This document shows positions 21,242 through 31,020 of a stretch of 64,000 nt of DNA, piece by piece. The stretch is from assembly GCA_902583715.1 (NCBI GenBank), contig CACHXC010000001.1:147049-211048 (forward strand), given 5' to 3'. The position numbers and the translations under genes are program-made. The first letter of the stretch is position 1. Every line of letters starts with the position of its first letter. This stretch comes from an uncultured SAR116 cluster alpha proteobacterium (GTDB lineage Bacteria; Pseudomonadota; Alphaproteobacteria; Puniceispirillales; Puniceispirillaceae). The notes beneath the pieces were generated by a model. That model ran no database searches and was not told the origin of the DNA. It was given only the letters and a program-made list of their open reading frames with translations.

Positions 21242-21835
21242 TTATTTCAGTTTACGATGCCGAAGAACACCCTCTATGAATGCATCTGCTGATTCTTTTT
21301 TTTGCAAGCAGTGTAAGATGTTAGCCTTTCGACTTTCCATGGTCAAAGAAGGAAATCCAATTTTAATCATGTCTTTTATTAACTGCTCAACAGCCTGAAA
21401 AACGACATCTTCTCCTCTGGTTATCTCATCTCTGATCCGAAGTGTTGCAATACAATCTGCTATGCTTTCATTCATCATGTGCTCAGGGCTGTTTCTTTGT
21501 GGATGCGGCAAATCAACGTCACCAGTTTGGTGATGAGCGCATTCGTGAAGATCTATGAATTGCTGCAAAGGTCTTGGAGAGTGTTGATATGCAAATCGAT
21601 ATACAATGGGTGTCCCTGTTTCATTTCTTTTGGCCATCCCAGCGGCACTCTCAGCTCGTCCATTGTCAACATCTCTGAAGAGCACTTTTTCTCCTAAATT
21701 GTTTTTACAACTTGGAGGAGATGCAATTTCGTATTTTAGATGGTTTTCATCTGATGAAGCTGGCCAAGCCATCACAAACAAGACCATCACAATTTTCAAA
21801 GTACAGACAATAAATAGTGTGGTTCGCTGTGTCAT
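21242..21835 (-). CDS. Exported protein with HExxH zinc-peptidase-like motif
   Basis: Signal peptide; FIDLHECAHHQ...ESIADC. Confidence 0.7.
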   Translation of the reverse strand: MTQRTTLFIVCTLKIVMVLFVMAWPASSDENHLKYEIASPPSCKNNLGEKVLFRDVDNGRAESAAGMAKRNETGTPIVYRFAYQHSPRPLQQFIDLHECAHHQTGDVDLPHPQRNSPEHMMNESIADCIATLRIRDEITRGEDVVFQAVEQLIKDMIKIGFPSLTMESRKANILHCLQKKESADAFIEGVLRHRKLK

Positions 21836-22038
21836 TTGACGAGCCTGGCAATACTTTTCAAAGCGCTATGCGCCTCTACCTCTGATTTAAACGAACCAAA
21901 TAGAAATTGATTGTGCATAATAATAGTTGCCAACATTCGTAGTCGTTATGTTTTTGATCACCGAATTTGTAGATTTTTTCAAATTCAAAATACCCTTGCA
22001 AGAATATTCGAAAATATAAACCATACAGTAGGTCAAGT

Positions 22039-22877
22039 ATGGAGAATGTAATGTCGCGTCTCAGCGCAGAGGAAGTGCAATTCTATCAGAAAAATGGGTA
22101 CATCTCGCCGGTCAATATCTTATCTGAAAAAGAAGCAACATCTTTTCATGAAGAGCTTCAATCAATCGAGAGCAAGTACGGATCCGATTTGAGTGGTTTA
22201 GGCCGTAATAACACTCATCAAGTTATTCCGTTTATTGATCAGTTAGTACATCATCCAAAAATACTTGATGTCGTCCAATCAATTATTGGCCAAAATATTT
22301 TGGTTGCTGGTACAACACTATTTATCAAAGAGCCGGAACAAGCTGGTTTTATAAGTTGGCATCAAGACGCCAAGTATAACGGACTAAAACCTTATAATTG
22401 GGTTACCGCTTGGCTGGCATTGACGGAAGTAACTGTTGAGAACGGATGCATGTACATGTGGCCAGGCAGCCATATTGATGGGGAGCGGGAACATGATGAT
22501 ACTTACGGAGAGAACAATTTATTAACCCGAGGTCAAACAGTCACCAACGTGCCAGAAAAAGAGACCGTTGCTATCGAACTGAGGCCCGGTCAAATCTCGC
22601 TTCATCACCCTTGGATTGTTCATGGCTCGGGGCAAAATACTTAAAAACCCGGCGAGTTGGTTTAGCTGTTCAATCCTATTTGGCAACTGACGTTGAGCAA
22701 ATAAATGGCGAAACCTATGTCCAATTAGGGCGAGGTATCGATGAATACAATCACCATCCTCACGTGATGAGGGCCAGTGGTTTGATGGTTGTGCCTGAGG
22801 TCAAATATTGGAATAAGGCTAATAAAGCTCTTCAGGGAGTTCTTTACCATGGTGCAAAAAAATTAGGCAAATTCTGA
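22039..22877 (+). pseudogene. Phytanoyl-CoA dioxygenase (PhyH) family, frameshifted near 22640
   Basis: WHQD, ENGCM, VHGSGQN in one frame; the conserved RRVGLA continues in another frame (22611-22877). Confidence 0.8.
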
Positions 22878-22979
22878 CTTCTTTTCACACTAGATCATTG
22901 GAGCTTTTTTTGTTGACTGCCTTAACGTGGCAATAAAACCTAACAATAATTAATAAGTCATTTTGTGGGAGAAAATTAT

Positions 22980-24626
22980 ATGAAAGCCTCTGATTTATTC
23001 GTTAAAGCACTCGAGAATGAGGGCGTGGAGTATATTTTTGGAATTCCAGGAGAAGAAAATCTTGATCTGCTTGAGTCGTTACGGTCATCGTCAAAAATAA
23101 AATTAATTCTTACTCGACATGAACAGGGTGCGGCATTCATGGCGGCAACTTATGGCAGATTGACTGGCAAAGCTGGTGTGTGCATGGCGACTCTGGGTCC
23201 GGGGGCTACGAATTTTACAACACCAGCGGCCTACAGTTTTTTAGGGGGCTTTCCACTCGTGATGATTACGGGGCAAAAGCCTATAAAGAAATCAAAACAA
23301 GGCCAATTTCAAATTGTAGACGTTGTCCAACTATTTGACCCGATCTGTAAAATGGCAAAACAAATAGTAAACGGCAATACGATACCGTCTATTGTTCGTG
23401 AAGCATTTCGGGTTTCAGAGGAAGAAAAGCCAGGCCCAGTTCTGCTTGAGTTGCCTGAAGATATCGCAGCAGAAAAAGTTGAATTAACTGATCTAATCCC
23501 ACCCCATGAGCGTTTCTACGCGGTTGCTGGAGAACAAATTATTTTCAAAACAGCAGATTTAATAAAGAGTTCAAAAAAGCCTCTAATACTACTTGGTGCA
23601 GGAGCTAACAGGAAAGAAGCTAGGCGCGCTATTTCGAACTTCATCAACAAAACCAAAATTCCATTTTGTAACACACAAATGGGCAAAGGATCAGTTGACG
23701 AAAGCTCAGATTATTTTTTGGGCACTGCTGCGTTATCAGACAAAGATTACCTGCACGATTACATAAGAGTTGCTGATTTGATTATAAACATTGGTCATGA
23801 TGTTGTTGAAAAGCCGCCTTTTTTTATGGAGCATGGAGGAGCCTCGGTTATACACATCAATTATAAATCTGCTCAGGTTGATCAGGTGTACTTCCCGCAG
23901 GTAGAGGTCATTGGGGATATTGCACTGTCGATGGATGCGCTTGCGGATTGTTTTGCTCTGGATACGAGTTTCGCGCTCGAAGAATTTTCTCAAGTTCGTG
24001 ACCTCGTGAGAAATATGACAACAGCCAGTCTCGAGGATACTTTATTTCCTCCAAAGCCACAGCACTTGGTGGCGCAAATCCGCCAATCAATGGGGTACCA
24101 CGATATCATAACCCTAGACAATGGCGTTTATAAAATTTGGTTTGCCCGGAATTATCCAGCCTTCCAGCCTAACACAATATTGCTGGATAATGCTCTTGCT
24201 ACTATGGGAGCAGGTTTGCCATCTGCCATGACCGCTGCAATGCTTTATCCAAATAGAAAGGTTATGGCAATATGTGGCGATGGAGGTTTTATGATGAACA
24301 GCCAAGAACTTGAAACTGCTGTTCGTCTGAAATTAAACTTGATTGTCCTAATTTTGAATGACAGCTCTTATGGAATGATAAGGTGGAAGCAAGCAGGTAT
24401 GGGATTCAAAGATTGGGGGCTTGAATACGACAATCCTGATTTTTCTATGTATGCTAAATCATACGGCGTGACGCCGCACAAGATATACGAAAACGATAGT
24501 CTCCCGCTTGTAATCGATGAAGCCTTTAACGCCGGTGGGGTCCATTTGATAGATTTGCCTGTCGACTATACTGATAATGTCAAAGACTTGATTTCTGATC
24601 TAGCTGAGCACGAGCCTGTAATATGA
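22980..24626 (+). CDS. Acetolactate synthase-like ThDP enzyme, large subunit
   Basis: FGIPGEEN, TRHEQGAAFMA, GPGATN, GDGGFMMNSQELETA...ND. Confidence 0.9.
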   Translation: MKASDLFVKALENEGVEYIFGIPGEENLDLLESLRSSSKIKLILTRHEQGAAFMAATYGRLTGKAGVCMATLGPGATNFTTPAAYSFLGGFPLVMITGQKPIKKSKQGQFQIVDVVQLFDPICKMAKQIVNGNTIPSIVREAFRVSEEEKPGPVLLELPEDIAAEKVELTDLIPPHERFYAVAGEQIIFKTADLIKSSKKPLILLGAGANRKEARRAISNFINKTKIPFCNTQMGKGSVDESSDYFLGTAALSDKDYLHDYIRVADLIINIGHDVVEKPPFFMEHGGASVIHINYKSAQVDQVYFPQVEVIGDIALSMDALADCFALDTSFALEEFSQVRDLVRNMTTASLEDTLFPPKPQHLVAQIRQSMGYHDIITLDNGVYKIWFARNYPAFQPNTILLDNALATMGAGLPSAMTAAMLYPNRKVMAICGDGGFMMNSQELETAVRLKLNLIVLILNDSSYGMIRWKQAGMGFKDWGLEYDNPDFSMYAKSYGVTPHKIYENDSLPLVIDEAFNAGGVHLIDLPVDYTDNVKDLISDLAEHEPVI

Positions 24627-26017
24627 GTATGAAAAATTCTGAACTAGAGGTTTTCAATCCATTTGATGGGTCGCAAGTCGGCTCTGTTAAAATCAATAAC
24701 GCAAATGAGATTGAGGAGATGTTGGAACTCGGTTTTCGGCTGCACAAAGAGAACCCAAAAGGACTTAGTGCACACCGCCGTATTCAAATTCTTCATAAAG
24801 CCTCGTCAATAATGCGAGAAGAGATTGATGATCTCTCTATGTTGATTGCAGCCGAAGGGGGTAAACCTCTTATTGACGCAAGAATTGAAGTTGAGAGAGC
24901 TATTGATGGTGTTTTGTCGTGTGCGAGTGAAATATCGAATATTGTGGGGAGCGAAATCCCTATGGGATTGACACCCGCTGCTGAGAGTAAAATCGCTTTT
25001 ACTACGAGGGAGCCTGTAGGTTTAGTCATAGCGATTTCTGCTTTTAATCATCCACTGAACCTAATTGTTCACCAGGTTGCACCAGCTGTGGCAACTGGGT
25101 GCTCAGTCATTGTCAAACCAGCAGATGACACCCCTTTATCATGTCAGCGGTTTATTTCAATACTTGCCGAGGCAGGTTTGCCCAAGGGTTGGGCACAGAT
25201 GGCGTGCTGTGACGTTTCTCTGGCTCAGAAGATGGTAACTGATCAACGTGTAAACTTTTTTAGTTTTATTGGTTCTGCAAAAGTTGGCTGGCATCTGAGA
25301 TCGCTGCTATCACCAGGAACGAGAATGGCGCTCGAGCACGGCGGAGCTGCACCGGTTATATTGGACGAAAGCGCTGATATCGATCTGTTGGTCCCTAAAT
25401 TAGCAAAGGGTGGATTTTATCATTCAGGTCAAGTATGTGTTTCAGTTCAGCGGGTGTTTATGCTGGGTAAGCAAAAAGAAGAAATAGCAACAAAGCTCGG
25501 TGAATACGCGGATAATTTAACCGTGGGTAACGCTATTGATGAAAAAACTGAATGCGGGCCGCTGATCAGGAATAGAGAGGTAGACAGGATTGAGAGTTGG
25601 GTAAATGAGGCTCAAAACGGGGGAGCGAAAGTAGTTGCTGGAGGAAAAAGAGTATCTAACTCCTGTTATGCTCCAACTGTTTTATTAAATCCTCCAAAGG
25701 AAGCAGCGGTCTCAAAAAATGAGATATTCGGCCCTGTAATCAACCTCTATGAGAGCGAAAATCTCAGTGACGCCATATCGCAATGCAATTCTTTGCCTTT
25801 TGCTTTTCAATCTTCAATTTTTTCAAACAATTATTCAAACATAATTCAATTTTTCAATAATGTTGATGCCTCAGCTGTTATGGTTAATGACCATACTGCA
25901 TTCAGAGTAGATTGGATGCCCTTTGCCGGTCGCAATCAATCTGGCTATGGCATAGGCGGTATACCATACACTATGGAGGATATGACGAAGATTAAAATGG
26001 CAGTATTATCGTATTGA
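24623..26017 (+). CDS. Aldehyde dehydrogenase
   Basis: FNHPLN, FIGSAKVG, LEHGG, GQVCVS, EIFGP, MPFAG; ATGA-type overlap with the ALS gene. Confidence 0.9.
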   Translation: MSMKNSELEVFNPFDGSQVGSVKINNANEIEEMLELGFRLHKENPKGLSAHRRIQILHKASSIMREEIDDLSMLIAAEGGKPLIDARIEVERAIDGVLSCASEISNIVGSEIPMGLTPAAESKIAFTTREPVGLVIAISAFNHPLNLIVHQVAPAVATGCSVIVKPADDTPLSCQRFISILAEAGLPKGWAQMACCDVSLAQKMVTDQRVNFFSFIGSAKVGWHLRSLLSPGTRMALEHGGAAPVILDESADIDLLVPKLAKGGFYHSGQVCVSVQRVFMLGKQKEEIATKLGEYADNLTVGNAIDEKTECGPLIRNREVDRIESWVNEAQNGGAKVVAGGKRVSNSCYAPTVLLNPPKEAAVSKNEIFGPVINLYESENLSDAISQCNSLPFAFQSSIFSNNYSNIIQFFNNVDASAVMVNDHTAFRVDWMPFAGRNQSGYGIGGIPYTMEDMTKIKMAVLSY

Positions 26018-26092
26018 TTTATTCACTGAAATAAATACGGGTAATGCACGAGCAATTCAATGGCGATGAACTCGTGGCTGTCTGAAAATTCC

Positions 26093-26878
26093 TCACACAG
26101 ATGTTCGTAATCTTTTTGACTGGAACTCTTTGCAAGACATACCAAATTTTTGGAATAAAACTTTATTTATGTAGTTTTCTACTCTTTCCGGGTGGAATTC
26201 GGCATGCCACTGAATTCCAATCCCGAAAGTTTCATAGCCCTCGATGCTTACCGCTTCAACTAAGCCATCTTCCGATATTGCTTCCACCTTGAGTCCATCA
26301 CCGATCCGATCAATGCCTTGACCATGGAGGGAATTAACAACAGCCTGACTTTGACCCAAAAAACTCTGAAGAAGACTGTCTCTTGATAAATTTATAATGT
26401 GCCTAGGTTTAAATATTTCTTCGACCGTCGCGTCATCATTTTGGGGCATTCTATGATCTTTTTTGTCACTACGCTCATGCACACGATAGATTAAGGTGCC
26501 GCCGTAAGCTACGTTGATTTCCTGTATTCCGCGACAAATTCCAAAGATTGGAATGCGAAGTCTTGAACACTCCCTGATTAAATTAAGAGCGGTATAATCT
26601 CTGGCAGGATCAATTATTTCATCTTTAGGAAATTTTTCACCACCAAAATGATGAGGTTCAATATTTGCACGACCTCCAGTCAGTAACACTCCATCTAATT
26701 GGGTTATGTAACCCCTCAGATCTTTTTTGCTCAGACATGTCGGGATTAACGTAGGTATGACATTGGCAAACTGCATTGCGGCATTTACATATCGTTGGCC
26801 GACAGAATGGAGCATTTGGCGACCACTGAATGCGCTGCTTTCGCTTGTTATTATGCCAACTATTGGTTTTGTCTGCAT
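26093..26878 (-). CDS. Gamma-glutamyl-gamma-aminobutyrate hydrolase (peptidase C26, PuuD-like)
   Basis: GICRGIQEINVAYGG, VNSLHGQG, GIQWHAE. Confidence 0.88.
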   Translation of the reverse strand: MQTKPIVGIITSESSAFSGRQMLHSVGQRYVNAAMQFANVIPTLIPTCLSKKDLRGYITQLDGVLLTGGRANIEPHHFGGEKFPKDEIIDPARDYTALNLIRECSRLRIPIFGICRGIQEINVAYGGTLIYRVHERSDKKDHRMPQNDDATVEEIFKPRHIINLSRDSLLQSFLGQSQAVVNSLHGQGIDRIGDGLKVEAISEDGLVEAVSIEGYETFGIGIQWHAEFHPERVENYINKVLFQKFGMSCKEFQSKRLRTSV

Positions 26879-27060
26879 GCCATCGTTTGCCTGATTTAAA
26901 AGTTACGACTATGAGTTAAAAAATTTGCCAGAAAAAGAGGCAGTTGCAAAGCCAGCAATATATTGACCAGCATCACGTGGCCTTGAGATAATAACTGTCT
27001 TTATAATTCAGAGTTTAACAAACTAAAAAATTATAAATAAATGATATTATTAATAAAAAA

Positions 27061-27077
27061 GCGGGGAGGGTGGATTC
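27061..27077 (-). repeat. Degenerate copy of the tRNA-Ser 3' end (relict att site)
   Basis: GCGGGGAGGGTGGATTC versus tRNA GCGGAGAGGGTGGGATTC (53432-53449): one substitution and one deletion, same orientation. Confidence 0.6.
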
Positions 27078-27305
27078 AGAAATTCTTCATAATCTATTGA
27101 TTATACGTAATTAATTTGAAAACTTAGACTGCTGCCCCACATTTTGTTCCACTATTTATTAGGTGTTTAGCGCGAAGCAAGTTGGGATAGGATTTACGTG
27201 TTCACCGGCCATTGCGCAAGGTGCAACAGCTATAACTAGATGTCTCTAAAACAACTTTAATCACTCGAAAATTGCGCCGTTTGTCGTTTTGAAAAGGTGC
27301 TCAGT

Positions 27306-27998
27306 TTACTGTTGCATAGCACCTAATGCGTGCATCAGTCCATTGTGTATGTGGTCCTCGAGATAGCTTGAGGCGGTGTCTGCATCTCGGTTCAGCGCAG
27401 CTTCATACATCATTTGGTGTTCTTTGGCGGCTTCAATGCCTCGGTCTGTTAAGACCAACATTTGGTAGCGCAAATATTTACCAAATAACAGCATATGTAA
27501 TGAAAGCAGATTTTTTGAATTACAGGCCTTTATTAAGGCGAGGTGGAATTCCCAGTCATAGCGTTTCCAGGTAACTTTTTCGGACATGTCACCTGACTGC
27601 ATCTTTTGCTCCATCAAACGTAATTTGTGATAAGCTGCTACAAGGTCAGCTTCCCAATCAGTGTCACCATTCATTATGGAGATGCGCAAGGCGTGACACT
27701 CAAGCAATATGCGTAGGTTGGCAATCTCACTAAGATCATCTTTTGACACAGGGCAAACAAAAAACCCACGCTGTTCAGCAGCGGTGACATAACCATCACT
27801 CGCAAGACGGTTTAAAGTTTCTCGCAACGTAGAAATACTGGCGATGTAGTCGGATTTTAGAGTCTCAAGTTTGAGCTTGGCGCCTGGGGCTAGTTTGCCG
27901 AAGATAATGTCATGCTTGATCCTCTCATAGGTTGAGAAGCCAACTGTATTTTGGAACCCTGAGTTAAAAAATATAGATTTAGCATCTTGCTTGGCCAT
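27306..27998 (-). CDS. GntR family (FCD) transcriptional regulator
   Basis: IIFGKLAPGAKL...STLRETLNRL HTH; DWEFHLALI, EHQ; divergent from the TRAP operon. Confidence 0.9.
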   Translation of the reverse strand: MAKQDAKSIFFNSGFQNTVGFSTYERIKHDIIFGKLAPGAKLKLETLKSDYIASISTLRETLNRLASDGYVTAAEQRGFFVCPVSKDDLSEIANLRILLECHALRISIMNGDTDWEADLVAAYHKLRLMEQKMQSGDMSEKVTWKRYDWEFHLALIKACNSKNLLSLHMLLFGKYLRYQMLVLTDRGIEAAKEHQMMYEAALNRDADTASSYLEDHIHNGLMHALGAMQQ

Positions 27999-28199
27999 GC
28001 TCGCAGTAGTCCGTCGAGATTACATTATAACGAATATTGAGTTTAGCACTTTTTTGGCAGCTCTCAATTTATATAAATTCTCGTTGATCTTAAAAAATAT
28101 ATGATATTATTATTTTTTTAAGTTATTTAAATAATCGTATGTAATTTTGATATCCATAAAGATTTAACCAGTGCGGTAGATTGATATGGCTACGGTAAA

Positions 28200-29360
28200 T
28201 TGATATGGCGACTTAGAGCGTTAGGTTTGTTGATTAACACTAAGAAATCAGGTGGTGAAAAAATAGCCACTACACGCGTTGCCATAGTCGGTTTTGGGCT
28301 TGTAGGTAACCGCCATGCAATGGCAATCAAAGAAACAGACAACGTACATTTATGTGCAGTGGTTGATCCGGCAAGCGAGGCAGCAGAGAAAGCTGAATAT
28401 ATCGGTGTTCCTTGTTACAAAACTCTTGAGGAGTTAATCGAGCACCAAAGGCCCGATGGCATTATCTTGTCAACACCAACTACTCTCCATGCAGCGCAAG
28501 GCATGGTCTGCATTGATTTAGGTATTCCCGTCCTAATCGAAAAGCCGATCGCCGATAATCTAGATGAAGCAGCTCAACTCGTCTCTGCGTCCGAAGCTTC
28601 CAATGTGCCAATACTGGTGGGACATCATCGGCGTTTCAATCCTATCATTGAGAGTGCTCATCAGATGATATCGTCGGGTTTGATTGGCGATGTAAAAGCT
28701 GTCCATGCAACTTGTTGGTTTTATAAACCTGATAGCTATTTCGACAAAGCGCCTTGGCGAAAGCAGACGGGCGCAGGTCCAGTCTCGGTAAATTTGGTGC
28801 ATGATATTGATCTAATAAGACATCTTTGTGGTGAGATCACACACATCCAAGCTGCCTCTCGGTCTGCAACTCGGGGCTATGCAAATGAGGAATTCTCAGC
28901 AGCAATTCTTAAGTTTGAAAATGGAGGTATTGGAACTGTAAGTGTTTCTGACAGTATTGTCTCACCGTGGAGCTGGGAATACACCTCTCAGGAAAATCCC
29001 GTTTACCCGTATTCTGCCCAAAGTTCATATCAAATTGGTGGAAGTGAGGGAGCGCTCTCTGTTCCAGACTTAGCCTATTGGAGGCATGATAAAGAACCTG
29101 ATTGGTGGTCACCGATCTCATCAAAGAAGATACGGTTCAAAAAAACGGATCCACTCATTAAACAGATAGAACATTTTTCCCGCGTTATTCGTGGGTACGA
29201 TGATCCACTTGTTTCTGGAAATGAAGGATTGCGAAACCTGGCTGTGATTAACGCAATTCACACCGCAGCTCAGACTGGCCGCTTGGTTTCGGTAGGTGAA
29301 ATGCCGCAACTGCAGGCATTAAATGTTGAAGCGACTCACAAAAAAATAGCTTTTGAATAA
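28200..29360 (+). CDS. Gfo/Idh/MocA oxidoreductase (start uncertain)
   Basis: VGFGLVG, VLIEKP, VGHHRRFNP, NLVHDID. Confidence 0.85.
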   Translation: MIWRLRALGLLINTKKSGGEKIATTRVAIVGFGLVGNRHAMAIKETDNVHLCAVVDPASEAAEKAEYIGVPCYKTLEELIEHQRPDGIILSTPTTLHAAQGMVCIDLGIPVLIEKPIADNLDEAAQLVSASEASNVPILVGHHRRFNPIIESAHQMISSGLIGDVKAVHATCWFYKPDSYFDKAPWRKQTGAGPVSVNLVHDIDLIRHLCGEITHIQAASRSATRGYANEEFSAAILKFENGGIGTVSVSDSIVSPWSWEYTSQENPVYPYSAQSSYQIGGSEGALSVPDLAYWRHDKEPDWWSPISSKKIRFKKTDPLIKQIEHFSRVIRGYDDPLVSGNEGLRNLAVINAIHTAAQTGRLVSVGEMPQLQALNVEATHKKIAFE

Positions 29361-29384
29361 ACCACAAAAATCATCAGAGGAGGA

Positions 29385-30398
29385 TTGAAGATGATAAAAA
29401 AACTAACCCGACGCAGCACTTTGGCGGGGCTTGTTGCTGCTGGAATGCTTGCCACCAATTCGCTACCATCTGTTGCCGCAGATATGACATTTACTTTGGC
29501 GACATCAGGCACCGAAACGGACATGCGTTCTGTAGCAATGGCAAATGTTTTTGCTCCAATGGTGGCGAGTTTCGCAAAGTATAAGCCTGGCTACAATGGG
29601 TCTTTATTTGCTCAAGGGACGGAGCTTGAGGCTATCAGCCGCGGAAATTTGACCATGTCGATTGCTTCCGCTCAGGAACTGGCACAATTTTTTCCAGAGT
29701 TTTCTATTTTTGCAACAGGCTACGTGCATCAGGATGCAGCTCATCAAGTGCGTGTTTTCAACGATCCACTCATGGACCCGTTCAAGCAAAAAGTCGAGGA
29801 TGAGCTCGGTGTTAAATTGTTGTCTGTGATGTATCTTGGCCGTCGCCATGTGAATTTGCGTTTCAAACGCGATGAAAAAAACGTCATGACACCCTCTGAT
29901 TTGGCCGGGGTGAACCTGCGAATGCCTGGCACGGATGCTTGGCAGTTCTTGGGCAAGGCCCTTGGTGCCTCGCCTACTCCGTTGGCATTTAGTGAGGTTT
30001 ATACCGCGCTTGCATCTGGTGCAGTAGACGGACAAGATAATCCGCTGCCAACAGTTGTAGACAAGAAATTCTACGAGGTTACAAAACAGATTTCTTTGAC
30101 ATCGCACCTCGTAGACTTGAACTATATCGCATTTTCAAAAGAGACATGGGACAGTTTGAGTCCGGATCAGCAGCTGACTGTCCAGCGTGCTGCCGACGCG
30201 GCTGCAGCTTACGGTCGTCTGAAACAGCTCGACAAGGAAAATAATTTGGCAGAATTTATCCGTAGTCAGGGTGTTGAGATTTACACGCCAGACCTTGCAG
30301 CCTTCCGAAAACATGTGCAGGCTCAGTATGTAGGTAGCGAGTTTGCAGCAACTTGGCCAAACGGTGTTTTGGAAAGAATTAATGCGCTAGGCAATTAA
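29385..30398 (+). CDS. dctP: TRAP transporter substrate-binding protein
   Basis: LRMPG, FSEVYTALASGAVDGQDNPL; twin-arginine-like leader. Confidence 0.9.
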   Translation: MKMIKKLTRRSTLAGLVAAGMLATNSLPSVAADMTFTLATSGTETDMRSVAMANVFAPMVASFAKYKPGYNGSLFAQGTELEAISRGNLTMSIASAQELAQFFPEFSIFATGYVHQDAAHQVRVFNDPLMDPFKQKVEDELGVKLLSVMYLGRRHVNLRFKRDEKNVMTPSDLAGVNLRMPGTDAWQFLGKALGASPTPLAFSEVYTALASGAVDGQDNPLPTVVDKKFYEVTKQISLTSHLVDLNYIAFSKETWDSLSPDQQLTVQRAADAAAAYGRLKQLDKENNLAEFIRSQGVEIYTPDLAAFRKHVQAQYVGSEFAATWPNGVLERINALGN

Positions 30399-30411
30399 AT
30401 ATTTTACTGCA

Positions 30412-31020
30412 GTGCGGGAGATAATAGTGTTTAAAACCTTCCTGAAAAGGATGTCCCGCGCCGCAGAATTTATCGCCGCTATGATACTAGCGGCGATATT
30501 TATAGTATTTCTATTACAAATTTTTGCACGTTATGCGCCAAAAATTGCCTGGCTAGTGCCTATTCCGCAGCTTGCTGACTGGATGATGACACTTGAACCA
30601 ATAGGTTGGACAATAAATTTGATTTCACTTCTGTGGGTGTGGTTGATATTTTTTGGCTGTTCCTTTTTTGTCAAAGACAAAGACCATGTCGCCTTCGATA
30701 TTCTATATCAGGCTGTATCACCACAAACACAAAAAATTATGGCTGTTGTAGGGGCTTGTCTAATAATTGGGGCGATGGTTACTGCATTTCTGCCAACCTG
30801 GGAGGCAATTTTTAATAATCGGCTGATGGCGCTGAAGAAAATACAAACCCTCCGTATGCCTATCACAGGTGAAAAGATCGCAATAAAATGGCTTTTTGCA
30901 CCCTATGTAATCCTAATGGCTGCTGTTGTAGTGCAATATGCATGGCGTATTATTGTTGTACTGCATCGAAACGATCCTGATAGATCATACGATGTTCATC
31001 GGCGAGGTGATAAACAATGA
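30412..31020 (+). CDS. dctQ: TRAP transporter small permease
   Basis: WVWLIFFG, HVAFDILY; located between dctP and dctM. Confidence 0.85.
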   Translation: MREIIVFKTFLKRMSRAAEFIAAMILAAIFIVFLLQIFARYAPKIAWLVPIPQLADWMMTLEPIGWTINLISLLWVWLIFFGCSFFVKDKDHVAFDILYQAVSPQTQKIMAVVGACLIIGAMVTAFLPTWEAIFNNRLMALKKIQTLRMPITGEKIAIKWLFAPYVILMAAVVVQYAWRIIVVLHRNDPDRSYDVHRRGDKQ

